From Reyranella sp. (GTDB lineage: Bacteria; Pseudomonadota; Alphaproteobacteria; Reyranellales; Reyranellaceae), in assembly GCF_965279625.1 (NCBI RefSeq), contig NZ_OZ257251.1:2282061-2346060 (forward strand): a DNA stretch of 64,000 bases. The letters run 5' to 3'. The notes beneath the pieces are model-generated. The model made no database searches. It was not told the origin of the DNA and worked only from the letters and a program-made list of their open reading frames with translations. Position 1 is the first letter of the stretch. Every line of letters begins with the position of its first letter. Position numbers and translations under genes: made by a program. Of this stretch, positions 1 through 9,059 are shown piece by piece.

Positions 1-2
1 TG

Positions 3-1481
3 GGCCGTCCGGTGAAGTGGACCGACGACCGCTCGGGCAGCTTCCTCAGCGACCAGCACGGGCGCGACCATGATTTCGATGCCGAGCTGGCCCTCGACAA
101 GGACGGCACCTTCCTGGCCGTGCGTCTCAAGGGCTACGCCAATCTCGGTGCCTACCTCTCGAATGTCGGTGCGGCCATGGGCGCGCTGGGCGTCTCTCGC
201 AATCTCGCCGCGGTCTACCGTACGCCGCTGATCGAGGTGCAGACCAAGGTGGCCTTCACCCACACCTCGCCGATCGGCGCCTATCGCGGCGCCGGCCGGC
301 CCGAGGCCAACTATTTCATGGAACGCCTGATCGCCACCGCCGCCCGCGAGATGGGTCTCGACCAGATGGAGATGCGCCGGCGCAATCACATCAGGCCCGA
401 TGAAATGCCCTACAAGACCGCGTCGGGCACGACCTACGACAGCGGCGAGTTCACCGTGCTGCTCGACAAGGCGCTGGAGCTGGCGGACGTGTCGGGCTTT
501 GCCGCCCGCAAGCAGGAGAGCGCCAGCCGCGGCAAGCTGCGCGGGCTCGGCATCGGCGACTATCTCGAAGTGACGGCGCCGCCCACGAACGAGATGGGCG
601 GCCTCCGCTTCGAGGAGAATGGCGACGTCACGATCATCACCGGCACGCTGGACTATGGTCAGGGCCACTGGTCGGCCTTCGCGCAGGTGCTCACGACCAA
701 GCTCGGCATCCCGTTCCACCGGATCAAGCTGAAGCAGGGCGACAGCGACCTGCTGATCGCCGGCGGCGGCACCGGTGGCTCCAAATCGATCATGGCGTCG
801 GGCGCGGCGATCGTCGAAGCGTCTGACAAGGTGATCGAGAAGGGCAAGGAGATCGCGGGCGTCGCACTCGAAGCCTCCGCCGCCGACATCGAATTCAAGC
901 TCGGCCGCTTCGAGATCGTCGGCACCGACCGCGGCATCGGCATCCTGGAACTGGCCAGCAAACTGCGCAGCGGCATGAAGCTGCCCGAGGGCGTGCCCAC
1001 TACGCTCGACGTCAGCCACGTCCACGAGGCGGCTCCGTCGGCCTATCCCAACGGCACCCATGTCGCGGAGGTCGAGATCGACCCCGATACCGGCCATGTT
1101 GAGGTCGTGAAGTATACGATGGTCGGCGACTTCGGCACGGTGATCAATCCCCTGCTGGTCGAGGGCCAGAGCCATGGCGGCGTGGTCCAGGGCATCAGCC
1201 AGGCGATCTTCGAGCATGTCGTCTACAGCGAGGAAGGCCAGCCGCTCACCGGCAGCTTCACCGACTATGCGATCCCGCGGGCGGGCGACGCCCCGTCCTT
1301 CAAGATCGACTACCATTCGGTGCCGGCGAAGACGAATGTGCTGGGCGCCAAGGGCTGCGGCGAGGCCGGCTGCGCGGGCTCCCTGCCCTCGGTGATGAAC
1401 GCCATTTCCGACGCGCTGGGCGGCAAGCACATCAACATGCCGGCGACGCCGGAGCGGGTGTGGGCGGCGCTCAACGGCTGA
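3..1481 (+). CDS. Xanthine dehydrogenase family molybdopterin-binding subunit (form II CoxL/CutL-like), 5'-truncated by the window edge
   Basis: Frame is open from the window start (GRPVKW...). Molybdopterin-contact motifs AYRGAGRPEA, GQGH, GGTGGS and AKGCGEAG. Confidence 0.9.
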   Translation, partial: GRPVKWTDDRSGSFLSDQHGRDHDFDAELALDKDGTFLAVRLKGYANLGAYLSNVGAAMGALGVSRNLAAVYRTPLIEVQTKVAFTHTSPIGAYRGAGRPEANYFMERLIATAAREMGLDQMEMRRRNHIRPDEMPYKTASGTTYDSGEFTVLLDKALELADVSGFAARKQESASRGKLRGLGIGDYLEVTAPPTNEMGGLRFEENGDVTIITGTLDYGQGHWSAFAQVLTTKLGIPFHRIKLKQGDSDLLIAGGGTGGSKSIMASGAAIVEASDKVIEKGKEIAGVALEASAADIEFKLGRFEIVGTDRGIGILELASKLRSGMKLPEGVPTTLDVSHVHEAAPSAYPNGTHVAEVEIDPDTGHVEVVKYTMVGDFGTVINPLLVEGQSHGGVVQGISQAIFEHVVYSEEGQPLTGSFTDYAIPRAGDAPSFKIDYHSVPAKTNVLGAKGCGEAGCAGSLPSVMNAISDALGGKHINMPATPERVWAALNG

Positions 1482-1547
1482 CGGGCACCGCGAGGAACGA
1501 TTGCCTCCCGTTGGAGAGACGCCGCTGATCGGCTATGAGCAGGCCCG

Positions 1548-2801
1548 ATGAAGCACAAGCGTCTCTGGTTCTCGGGCATCTTCGCGGTCCTGCTCGTGGC
1601 GGTCACGGTGGCCGGCCTCGAACTGCTGAGCTCATTCGTCGTGCCGCCCTGGCCGGCGCGTGAGTTGCGGCCGATCGAGGTTTCCAACGCGTCCGTCGCG
1701 AGCACGCTCACCGGCACACAGCCGGTTCCGACCTACAACAGCTGGGGCATGCGCGATCGCGAGCATCCGCTGCAGAAGCCGGCCGGAACCTTCCGGACGG
1801 TCCTCGTCGGTGACAGCTTCCTCGAAGGCGCCTTCGTCGAAAAATCGGTCGGCATGAGGCTGGAGCAGCTCTGGCAATCGCAAGGCCACCGCGACTGGGA
1901 GGTGACCAGCCTCGGCATCTCCGCGACCGGGCCGCCTCAATACTACTACCGCATCCGCAACATCGCCCTGTCGCTGCAGCCGGACGCGCTGGTCGTCATG
2001 TTCTTCTCGGGCAACGACTTCGTGTCAGATGCGCTTTCGCCGTGGCGCATCCCGCCGCCCATCGCCGAGCGGCCGCAACCTTCATGGCTCGGCGCCGTCG
2101 CTCCCCGTCTCACCTGGTTGCTCGTGAACCGGCTTGGCCTGTCGGAGTTCGGTCGCGGCAACAAGGCGCCGCCGGACGAGGCGCAGAAGATCATCAAGCT
2201 GCCGCGTGCCGAACGCCTCGATGCGATGGTCCGGCTGGTCAAGACCTACTACTACCCCGACAAGGACGAGAAGGTGATCCGCGAGATCCTGTCGCGCGGC
2301 GGCGACAAGTTCTGGGACCGGCTCGAACCGCGCGACCGCGACGAGGAGTATATCCAGGCCTGGTGGCTCGCCAGCATGGTCGACTGGGAGACCGCCAACT
2401 GGACGGTGCCGTTGACCCCGGCGGAGCTCGAACAATCCTTGGACAAAAAGGCGATCGCCGCGACCATGACCTGGCTACTGGGTGCCCGCGACCTGGCGCG
2501 CGAACGCGGGATCGAGTTCGCGATCGCTCTGGCCCCCGTAGGCGTGGTCGATCCAAGCTATGCCGAATTCTGGAGCCCCTGGCCGCAATACATGAGCTTC
2601 CCCAGGCAGCGCGAGCTCATGCATCGCAAGTTGCGTGCGGAGCTGGAAGCGCAGGGCATAACGGTCGTCGACCTGGAAGACGATTTCAAGGGTGTGGCGA
2701 ACACCTACCGGGTCTCGGACGGCCATTGGACCGAGCTCGGCACCGAAATCGCGGCCAAGCGCCTGGCCGCCGCGCTCGCGAAGATGCGGGAGGCTCGCTA
2801 G
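1548..2801 (+). CDS. SGNH/GDSL-fold protein, AlgX/AlgJ-like, N-terminally membrane anchored
   Basis: Hydrophobic N-terminus, block I VGDSF, GND motif (FSGND), C-terminal DGHW catalytic motif. Confidence 0.7.
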   Translation: MKHKRLWFSGIFAVLLVAVTVAGLELLSSFVVPPWPARELRPIEVSNASVASTLTGTQPVPTYNSWGMRDREHPLQKPAGTFRTVLVGDSFLEGAFVEKSVGMRLEQLWQSQGHRDWEVTSLGISATGPPQYYYRIRNIALSLQPDALVVMFFSGNDFVSDALSPWRIPPPIAERPQPSWLGAVAPRLTWLLVNRLGLSEFGRGNKAPPDEAQKIIKLPRAERLDAMVRLVKTYYYPDKDEKVIREILSRGGDKFWDRLEPRDRDEEYIQAWWLASMVDWETANWTVPLTPAELEQSLDKKAIAATMTWLLGARDLARERGIEFAIALAPVGVVDPSYAEFWSPWPQYMSFPRQRELMHRKLRAELEAQGITVVDLEDDFKGVANTYRVSDGHWTELGTEIAAKRLAAALAKMREAR

Positions 2802-2820
2802 AGCCTCCCGCTGAACGACG

Positions 2821-3216
2821 TCAGGCCGGCGTGAACATCGGCAGCGGCGGGCCGCCATCGGTCGGCTTGAAGACCACCGTCACCGCCTGTTCGCACTTCA
2901 GCTTGTCGAAGTCGCAGTCGACGATGTTGGTCAGCATGCGCGGACCTTCGGCCAGGGTGACGTAGCCGATCGCGTAGGGCACCGGCGCGCGGCGCATCAC
3001 GCTGTAGGAATAGATCGTGCCCTTGCCCGACGCCTCGACCCATTCGGTCTTGTCGCTGAAGCAGAACGGGCAGATCGTGCGCGGATAGTGGTGCGCCTGG
3101 CCGCAGCTCGTGCACTTGCGCACCAGCAGCTTGCCCTTGCCGGCGGCGTCCCAGTAGGCCTGCGTCTCTTCGCTGATGGCGGGAGGCGGCAGCTTGCGTT
3201 CCTTGGTGTCGGCCAT
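2821..3216 (-). CDS. DUF35 Zn-ribbon/OB-fold acyl-CoA-binding protein
   Basis: CTSC...CPFC zinc ribbon followed by OB-fold (GTIYSYS...GPRMLTNIV); directly downstream of a thiolase-like gene. Confidence 0.9.
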   Translation of the reverse strand: MADTKERKLPPPAISEETQAYWDAAGKGKLLVRKCTSCGQAHHYPRTICPFCFSDKTEWVEASGKGTIYSYSVMRRAPVPYAIGYVTLAEGPRMLTNIVDCDFDKLKCEQAVTVVFKPTDGGPPLPMFTPA

Positions 3217-3219
3217 GGT

Positions 3220-4392
3220 CTACTCTCTCTCCAGAATGACGGTCGCGCTGCCGTGGCGCAGGCCGAGCGAGCCGCCCGTGCCGTGCGCGATCGCCAGATC
3301 GCAGTTCTTCACCTGCACCTTCGGGTGCGCCTCGCCGCGCAACTGGCGCACGGCCTCCAGCACCTTGGTGAGGCCGCCACGGTTGGCGGGATGGTTGCTG
3401 CACAGGCCGCCGCCATCGGTGTTGAACGGCAGCTTGCCGGTGCCCGAGATCAGGTTTCCATCGGCCACGAAGGCGCCGCCCTTGCCCTTCTCGCAGAAGC
3501 CGAGATCCTCGAGCTGCATCAGCACCGTGATGGTGAAGCTGTCGTAGATCGAGGCGTACTTCATGTCGGAAGGCTTGACGCCGGCTTCGGCGAAGGCGGC
3601 CGCGCCGGTGAAACGCGCGCCCGAGTAGGTGAGATCGACCTTTCCACCCATCTGCGTCTTGATGAACTCCGACGAGCCCAGCAGCTTGACCTTCGGCCGC
3701 TTGAGCTTGGCCGCGATCTCCGGTGCCACGACGACGATGGCGCCGCCGCCGTCGGTGATGACGCAGCAGTCGAGCCGGTGCAGCGGATCGGAGATCATCG
3801 GCGAGTTCACGACCTCCTCGACCGTGACCACGTCCTTCAGTAGCGCATGCGGATTGTATTGCGCGTGATGCGAGGCCGCGACCTTGATCCAGGCGAGCTG
3901 CTCGGAGGTCGTGCCGAACTCGTACATGTGACGCATGGCGCAGTTGGCGTACATGTTCACGACCGTCGGGCCGTAGGGGAATTCGAACGGGTCATCGGGG
4001 GTCGGCGTGCCGCCGCGGCTGCGCGGCACGGTGCCGGTCGCCATGCCCTCGGCGCGCGGCCGGCCAGCCAGGGTGATCAGGGCCACCTTGCACTTGCCCG
4101 CGGCGATCGCTTCGGCAGCGTGGCCGACATGCAGCACGTAGGACGAGCCGCCGGTGTCGGTCGAATCGACGTGACGGACCTTGAGGCCCATGTACTCGAC
4201 CATGGACATCGGCCCGAGGCCCGGTGCGTCGCCGGCGCAGAAATAGCCGTCGACATCGTCCTTGGTGAGACCCGCATCCTCGAGCGCGCCCTTGGCACAC
4301 TGCGCGTGGATCTGCGCGAGCGAGATATCCTTCGCGAGTCGCGTCGGATGCTCGTAAATTCCGGCAATATAGGCCTTGCCCTTGATGCTCAT
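3220..4392 (-). CDS. Thiolase-like protein (SCP-x/Ltp2-type superfamily)
   Basis: Start moved to ATG 4392 (MSIKGKAYIAG). Motifs IYDSFT and PFNTDGGGL; paired with DUF35. Confidence 0.85.
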   Translation of the reverse strand: MSIKGKAYIAGIYEHPTRLAKDISLAQIHAQCAKGALEDAGLTKDDVDGYFCAGDAPGLGPMSMVEYMGLKVRHVDSTDTGGSSYVLHVGHAAEAIAAGKCKVALITLAGRPRAEGMATGTVPRSRGGTPTPDDPFEFPYGPTVVNMYANCAMRHMYEFGTTSEQLAWIKVAASHHAQYNPHALLKDVVTVEEVVNSPMISDPLHRLDCCVITDGGGAIVVVAPEIAAKLKRPKVKLLGSSEFIKTQMGGKVDLTYSGARFTGAAAFAEAGVKPSDMKYASIYDSFTITVLMQLEDLGFCEKGKGGAFVADGNLISGTGKLPFNTDGGGLCSNHPANRGGLTKVLEAVRQLRGEAHPKVQVKNCDLAIAHGTGGSLGLRHGSATVILERE

Positions 4393-4520
4393 CGGCGAGC
4401 CATCCCCCTGGTCAATTGTGCAGCGCACATGGTGGGGGATCGGAGCCTCACAGGAAAGTGCGCACTTTCGCAGCGAAGAACGATGCTAGGCTCTGCGAAA
4501 CGACCGGGGAGCCACGTCAC

Positions 4521-5333
4521 ATGATCTTCCGTCTTCTTTTCGCAACCCTGGCGGCGGTCTTTGCGGTTGCGGGCGCCGTACAGGCCCAGGGTAAGGCCGA
4601 GCTTCTCTGGTACAGCCAGGCCGCCTTCAAGCTCACGACCCAGAGCGGCAAGGTCATCATGATCGACCCCTGGATCATGGGCGCCACCCGGATCCCGCCG
4701 GAACTGAAGGATCTCGACAAGATCGGCAAGGTCGACCTGATCCTGGTGACCCATGGCCACGGCGACCATCTCGGCGACGCGATGGAGATCTCGAAGAGGA
4801 ACAATGCGCCCATCTGGGCGCCGGCCGGCCTCAACCAGACCCTGGCGACGCTCGGCCTGATGCCGGCGAATCTCGTGCCGCGCATGAGCAAAGGCGGCAC
4901 CATCGAGCCCTTCCCTGGCGTGAAGATCACCATGGTCCACGCCGACCATTCCTCGGAAATGATCCTGAAGGACCCGGCAACCGGCAAGGACACGAGTTTC
5001 GCTGCGGGAGAGCCCTGCGGCTTCATCATCGAGCTCGAGGACGGCTTCAAGATCTACCACATGGGCGACACCGGCCTGTTCGGCGACATGAAGCTGATCG
5101 GCGAATACTACAAGCCCGACCTGGTCCTGATTCCGATCGGCGGCCACTATGTGATGGATCCGAAGGCCGCCGCCTATGCCACCAAGGAGCTGATCAAACC
5201 CAAGATGGCCTGGCCGATGCACTATGCCAGCAACCCGTTCCTCAGGGGCACGCCCGCGCAATACAAGGCGGCGATGGGCCAGACCTCGATCGAGGTGATC
5301 GACGCCGAGCCGGGCACCAAGAAGCAATTCTAG
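4521..5333 (+). CDS. Metal-dependent hydrolase, MBL fold (UPF0173-like), with predicted signal peptide
   Basis: Start moved to ATG 4521 after GGGGAG. Motifs IDPW, THGHGDH, HMGDT, PIGG, PMHY. AxA-type signal peptide. Confidence 0.85.
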   Translation: MIFRLLFATLAAVFAVAGAVQAQGKAELLWYSQAAFKLTTQSGKVIMIDPWIMGATRIPPELKDLDKIGKVDLILVTHGHGDHLGDAMEISKRNNAPIWAPAGLNQTLATLGLMPANLVPRMSKGGTIEPFPGVKITMVHADHSSEMILKDPATGKDTSFAAGEPCGFIIELEDGFKIYHMGDTGLFGDMKLIGEYYKPDLVLIPIGGHYVMDPKAAAYATKELIKPKMAWPMHYASNPFLRGTPAQYKAAMGQTSIEVIDAEPGTKKQF

Positions 5334-5411
5334 TGCTGGGGGCGCGCCACTCCAGTGGCGCGATCATCAGGCAAAAGAAAGACGCGCCACTGGAGTGGCG
5401 CGCCCCCAGCA
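5334..5411. repeat. REP/REPIN-like inverted-repeat element, family A copy 1
   Basis: Perfect 29-bp inverted repeat TGCTGGGGGCGCGCCACTCCAGTGGCGCG (5334-5362 vs 5383-5411), between convergent genes. Confidence 0.9.
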
Positions 5412-5415
5412 ATGA

Positions 5416-6630
5416 CTAGTCACCCGCGACGTCGCGCGCGCCGGGCGTGCGGTTTCGGAACTCCTCGGGGGCTTCGCGGCCGGCGTCTGTGAAGGCCTTT
5501 TTCACCGCGGCGACGTTGGGTCCGAAGATGCCCTTGCGGTTGTCCTTGGCCCACTGGTTCGAGTTGACGATCGTGTCGAGCGAGCCCTGGAAGCGCGGCA
5601 TCACATAGCGCGCGAACAGCTCGTAGGAGCGCAAGATCTGCTCCCGCGTCGCCCATTCGTGGGCGCGGAACAGGACGCCGCCGAAGCCGCCATTGGAAAA
5701 GCCCAGCAGGCGCTCGATGCCCTTGGCCACCGTGTCCGGGCTGCCGACCAGGGTCGTACCCATCTTCACGCCGTCGCGCAGTGGATCGTCGGCGCGGCCC
5801 GGCGGGCGGCCCAGCGTATCCTCGAAATAGGTCACGGTCTCGCGGCGCTCGCCGGCATGGACCTCGCGCAGCGCCTGCTCGTCATCCTCGGTCACGTGGC
5901 AGTTCACTACCACGCGCCACTTGGAACGGTCGGCGGTCTTACCGTGCTTGGCGGCGGTCTCCTCGTAGATGCCCCACTGCTTGCCGAGCATCTCCGGCCC
6001 GCCGGGGATGCCGGCGCCGATCGACAGTACGCCGAGCCCGTGCTTGCCGGCGGCGATCATGCCGGAGGGCGTGATGGTGCTGGCGCAGGCGATGGGGAAA
6101 TGCGGGTAGCTGTAGGGCGCGAGGTGCAGCCGGGCCTCCTTCAGCTCGAACCAGTCGGTCTTCATGGTGACCGGCTCCTTGCATTCGAGCAGGCGCATGA
6201 TTGCCTCCAGCGCCTCCTCCATGCGCGGCCGCTGGGTCGAGGGGTCGATGCCCATCATGTAGGCATCCGACGGCAGCGCACCGGGCCCGCAGCCCAGCAT
6301 GGTACGGCCGCGCGACATGTGGTCGAGCTGCACGAAGCGGTTCGCGACCATCAGCGGATGGTGATAGGGCAGGCTGGTGACGCCGGAGCCAAGGCGAATG
6401 TAGCGCGTGCGCTCGATCGCGGCGCCGATGAAGACTTCCGGCGACGCGATGGTCTCCCAGCCGGCGGAATGATGCTCGCCGATCCAGGCTTCGTCGTAGC
6501 CCAGCTCGTCGATCCACTCGATCAGCTCCATGTCGCGCGCCATCGCGAGAGTGGGATTCTCGCCGACGCGATGGAACGGCGCCAGGAAGATGCCGAACGT
6601 TAGTCCCTTGTGATTACCGGTCTGTGCCAT
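5416..6630 (-). CDS. Luciferase-like (LLM) flavin-dependent monooxygenase, LimB/CamP-like
   Basis: FGIFLAPFH, WIGEHH, TRYIRLGSGV and SLPYHHP motifs; GGAGG RBS. Confidence 0.9.
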   Translation of the reverse strand: MAQTGNHKGLTFGIFLAPFHRVGENPTLAMARDMELIEWIDELGYDEAWIGEHHSAGWETIASPEVFIGAAIERTRYIRLGSGVTSLPYHHPLMVANRFVQLDHMSRGRTMLGCGPGALPSDAYMMGIDPSTQRPRMEEALEAIMRLLECKEPVTMKTDWFELKEARLHLAPYSYPHFPIACASTITPSGMIAAGKHGLGVLSIGAGIPGGPEMLGKQWGIYEETAAKHGKTADRSKWRVVVNCHVTEDDEQALREVHAGERRETVTYFEDTLGRPPGRADDPLRDGVKMGTTLVGSPDTVAKGIERLLGFSNGGFGGVLFRAHEWATREQILRSYELFARYVMPRFQGSLDTIVNSNQWAKDNRKGIFGPNVAAVKKAFTDAGREAPEEFRNRTPGARDVAGD

Positions 6631-6707
6631 TGAAGTCCTCCGTCACCCGCGACGGTAGCATGCACGCGACGTTGACCGCAGCACCGGCTTGCGCAGATCA
6701 TCGATCG

Positions 6708-9056
6708 ATGACCGAGGCCTCTTCTCTCCCGCTCGCACGTTTCAAAATCGTCGAAGTGAACGACGCAAACGTGCCATTCTGCCTGCGTTTGGCGACGTCG
6801 CTTGCCGCAAAGATCGCCGCCGATCTCGGCGCCGACGTGCTCAAGCTCGAACCACCGGGAGGCGATCCGGTCCGGCGCGCGCCACCCTTGCTGCCGCAGG
6901 GCGAAAGCGCGCTCTTTCATTTTCTCAACACGTCGAAGCGGTCTCTGGCGCTCGATCTGTCGAGCGAGGCCGGTCGCGCCACGCTCGCCAATCTGGTCGA
7001 CGGCGCCGACGCCGTGCTGTTCGAGGAGACGGCTTCCGTTGCGGCGATATTGCGCGCGGGCAAGGCGACGCCGATCGAGATCGCCGCCTTCCCGATCGAG
7101 ATGGATGCGGCGCAACGTCCGGTCAGCGAACTGGTGATCCAGGCGCTGGGCGGGCTGATGCATATGGTCGGTGAGCCGGCGCGCAAACCGCTCAAGCTCG
7201 GCGGTCATCAGGCTTCGTATCCCGCCGGGCTCACCGCCTTCACCGGACTCATGTCAGCCCTCGCCGCGCGGGACACAGGACGCCGGGCGCCTCCGGTACG
7301 CGTGTCGCTCGCCGAGGTCATGCAGTGGGTGAACTGGAAGGCGGCATCCGGCGCTGCCGCGTCGGGCACCTCGCCCGGCCGAGAGGGCAGGAACTCGGAG
7401 TTCCAGGTCCTGCCTTGCCGCGACGGTCATGTCGCCGTCGTCTACACCTTGACGCAGTGGCCGGCGACGCGCGCCCTGGTCGGCGATCCCCGGCTCGACG
7501 ATCCGAAATTCAGCACGCGCGCCGGCCGTCGCCAGAACATCGCCGAACTCTATGCGGCGCTCGCGCCGTGGTTCACCGACAAGACCCGCGAGGAAATCCA
7601 GAAGGTCGCGCAGGCCAGGGGCGTGCCCTTCGGTCCGATCTTCTCGCCCGCCGAACTGCTGCAGACCGAGCAGTATGTCGCGCGTGGCTTCCTGGCCGAC
7701 ATGGCTCATCCCACCGAGGGCACGCTGCGCCTGCCGCAATTGCCCGTCCAATGGAACGGCCGCTCCTTCGCGCCACGGCCCGCGCCTGCCCTCTCTCCTC
7801 CCCATTCAAATGGGGTGGTGCCCTCGTCGCACGAGGGCGGAGGGGTCAGGAACGGCCGCTCGCAATTCATGCCCCCTCCGTCGCGGAAGACCGCCACACC
7901 TCCCCATTTGAACGAGGAGGAGAGGAGGAGTGGTGATCGTCCCCTCGCCGGCGTGCGCGTACTCGATTTCGGTCTGCTCACGGCCGGCGCGAACACCTCG
8001 GCCATGCTGGCCGATCTCGGGGCCGACGTGATCAAGATCGAGTCCGGGGCCTATCTCGATCCCTTCCGCGTCATCGGCAAGATCGACAATGATGAGGGCT
8101 GGTGGAACCGCTCGCCGCAGTTCCGCTTCACCAACCGCAACAAGCGCGGGCTGACGCTGAACCTCAAGGATCCCGAGGGCCAGCGCGTGATCCGCGAGCT
8201 GGCCGCGAAGTGCGATATCGTGGTCGAGAACTTCCGCCGCGGCGTGCTCGACCGCGCCGGCCTCGGCTACAAGGATCTGAGCGCCCTCAATCCGCGTCTG
8301 GTGTTCGCCGCCATCTCCAGCCAGGGCGATACGGGACCGGAGCGTATGAACGTGTCGTTCGGCAGCACGCTCGACGCGACCTCGGGCATCGCCTCGCTCA
8401 CCGGTTACGAGGGCGAGGAGCCGCGCATCTCCGGCATGGACGTGAACTATCCCGACCAGATCGTCTCGTTGTTCGCCACCGGCATCGTCATCGCGGCCGT
8501 CACGGAAGCGCGCCGCACCGGCCAGGGCGCCTTCCTGGATTTTTCCCAGCGCGAAGTCGCCTCGTTCACCCTGGGCGAGGAGATCCTCGCGGCTTCGGCC
8601 GATCCGAACCATCGGCTGGCGCCACGCGGCAATACCGAAGCGGGCGTGGCGCAGCAGAATTCCTATCAATGCGGCGACGGCAAATGGCTGGCCGTGACCC
8701 TCGACACAGCTGATCCGTCGATGGCGACCTTCTGCGCCGGCAAGGACCGCGACGCTGCACTGAATGCACTGCTGGCCAAAGGCATTGCCGTAGCGCCCTG
8801 CCTCGACGGCAACGACCTGCTGCGCGACACCGCGCTCCAGGGCGTCACGCTGGTGCGCGACGAGAAGGGCGGCCTCGTGAAGGGACTGCCCTACCGGCTC
8901 GACGGTGAAGGCCTCGTCATCGAGCGGCCGGCGCCGGATCTCGGCCAGCACACCGATGAGGTGCTGCGCGAACTCCTGGGCTACGACGATGCCCGCCTGA
9001 AGCAATTGAACGACAGCGGCGTGACCTCGACCACGCCCACCATCGGAGAGGTTTGA
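6708..9056 (+). CDS. Two-domain class III (CaiB/BaiF) CoA-transferase
   Basis: Two ADLGADV(L/I)K(L/I)E repeats, NxxKR motifs and C-terminal APDLGQHTDEVL. Start uncertain (6660 or 6708). Confidence 0.85.
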   Translation: MTEASSLPLARFKIVEVNDANVPFCLRLATSLAAKIAADLGADVLKLEPPGGDPVRRAPPLLPQGESALFHFLNTSKRSLALDLSSEAGRATLANLVDGADAVLFEETASVAAILRAGKATPIEIAAFPIEMDAAQRPVSELVIQALGGLMHMVGEPARKPLKLGGHQASYPAGLTAFTGLMSALAARDTGRRAPPVRVSLAEVMQWVNWKAASGAAASGTSPGREGRNSEFQVLPCRDGHVAVVYTLTQWPATRALVGDPRLDDPKFSTRAGRRQNIAELYAALAPWFTDKTREEIQKVAQARGVPFGPIFSPAELLQTEQYVARGFLADMAHPTEGTLRLPQLPVQWNGRSFAPRPAPALSPPHSNGVVPSSHEGGGVRNGRSQFMPPPSRKTATPPHLNEEERRSGDRPLAGVRVLDFGLLTAGANTSAMLADLGADVIKIESGAYLDPFRVIGKIDNDEGWWNRSPQFRFTNRNKRGLTLNLKDPEGQRVIRELAAKCDIVVENFRRGVLDRAGLGYKDLSALNPRLVFAAISSQGDTGPERMNVSFGSTLDATSGIASLTGYEGEEPRISGMDVNYPDQIVSLFATGIVIAAVTEARRTGQGAFLDFSQREVASFTLGEEILAASADPNHRLAPRGNTEAGVAQQNSYQCGDGKWLAVTLDTADPSMATFCAGKDRDAALNALLAKGIAVAPCLDGNDLLRDTALQGVTLVRDEKGGLVKGLPYRLDGEGLVIERPAPDLGQHTDEVLRELLGYDDARLKQLNDSGVTSTTPTIGEV
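7793..7924. mobile_element. Palindromic MITE/REP-like element lying in frame within the CoA-transferase linker
   Basis: 23-bp terminal inverted repeats with 21/23 match (7793-7815 vs 7902-7924), inner GGAGGGG/CCCCCTCC arms, length 132 bp = 44 codons. Confidence 0.75.
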
Positions 9057-9059
9057 GCC

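Noticed and set aside
3-1481. Aerobic CO dehydrogenase (form I) call
   Set aside because: The motif is AYRGAGR, not AYxCSFR, and no cox accessory genes are present.
4416-4520. Extended N-terminus of the MBL hydrolase and of the divergent thiolase
   Set aside because: This is a shared divergent promoter region; better starts with RBS and signal peptide lie at 4521 and 4392.
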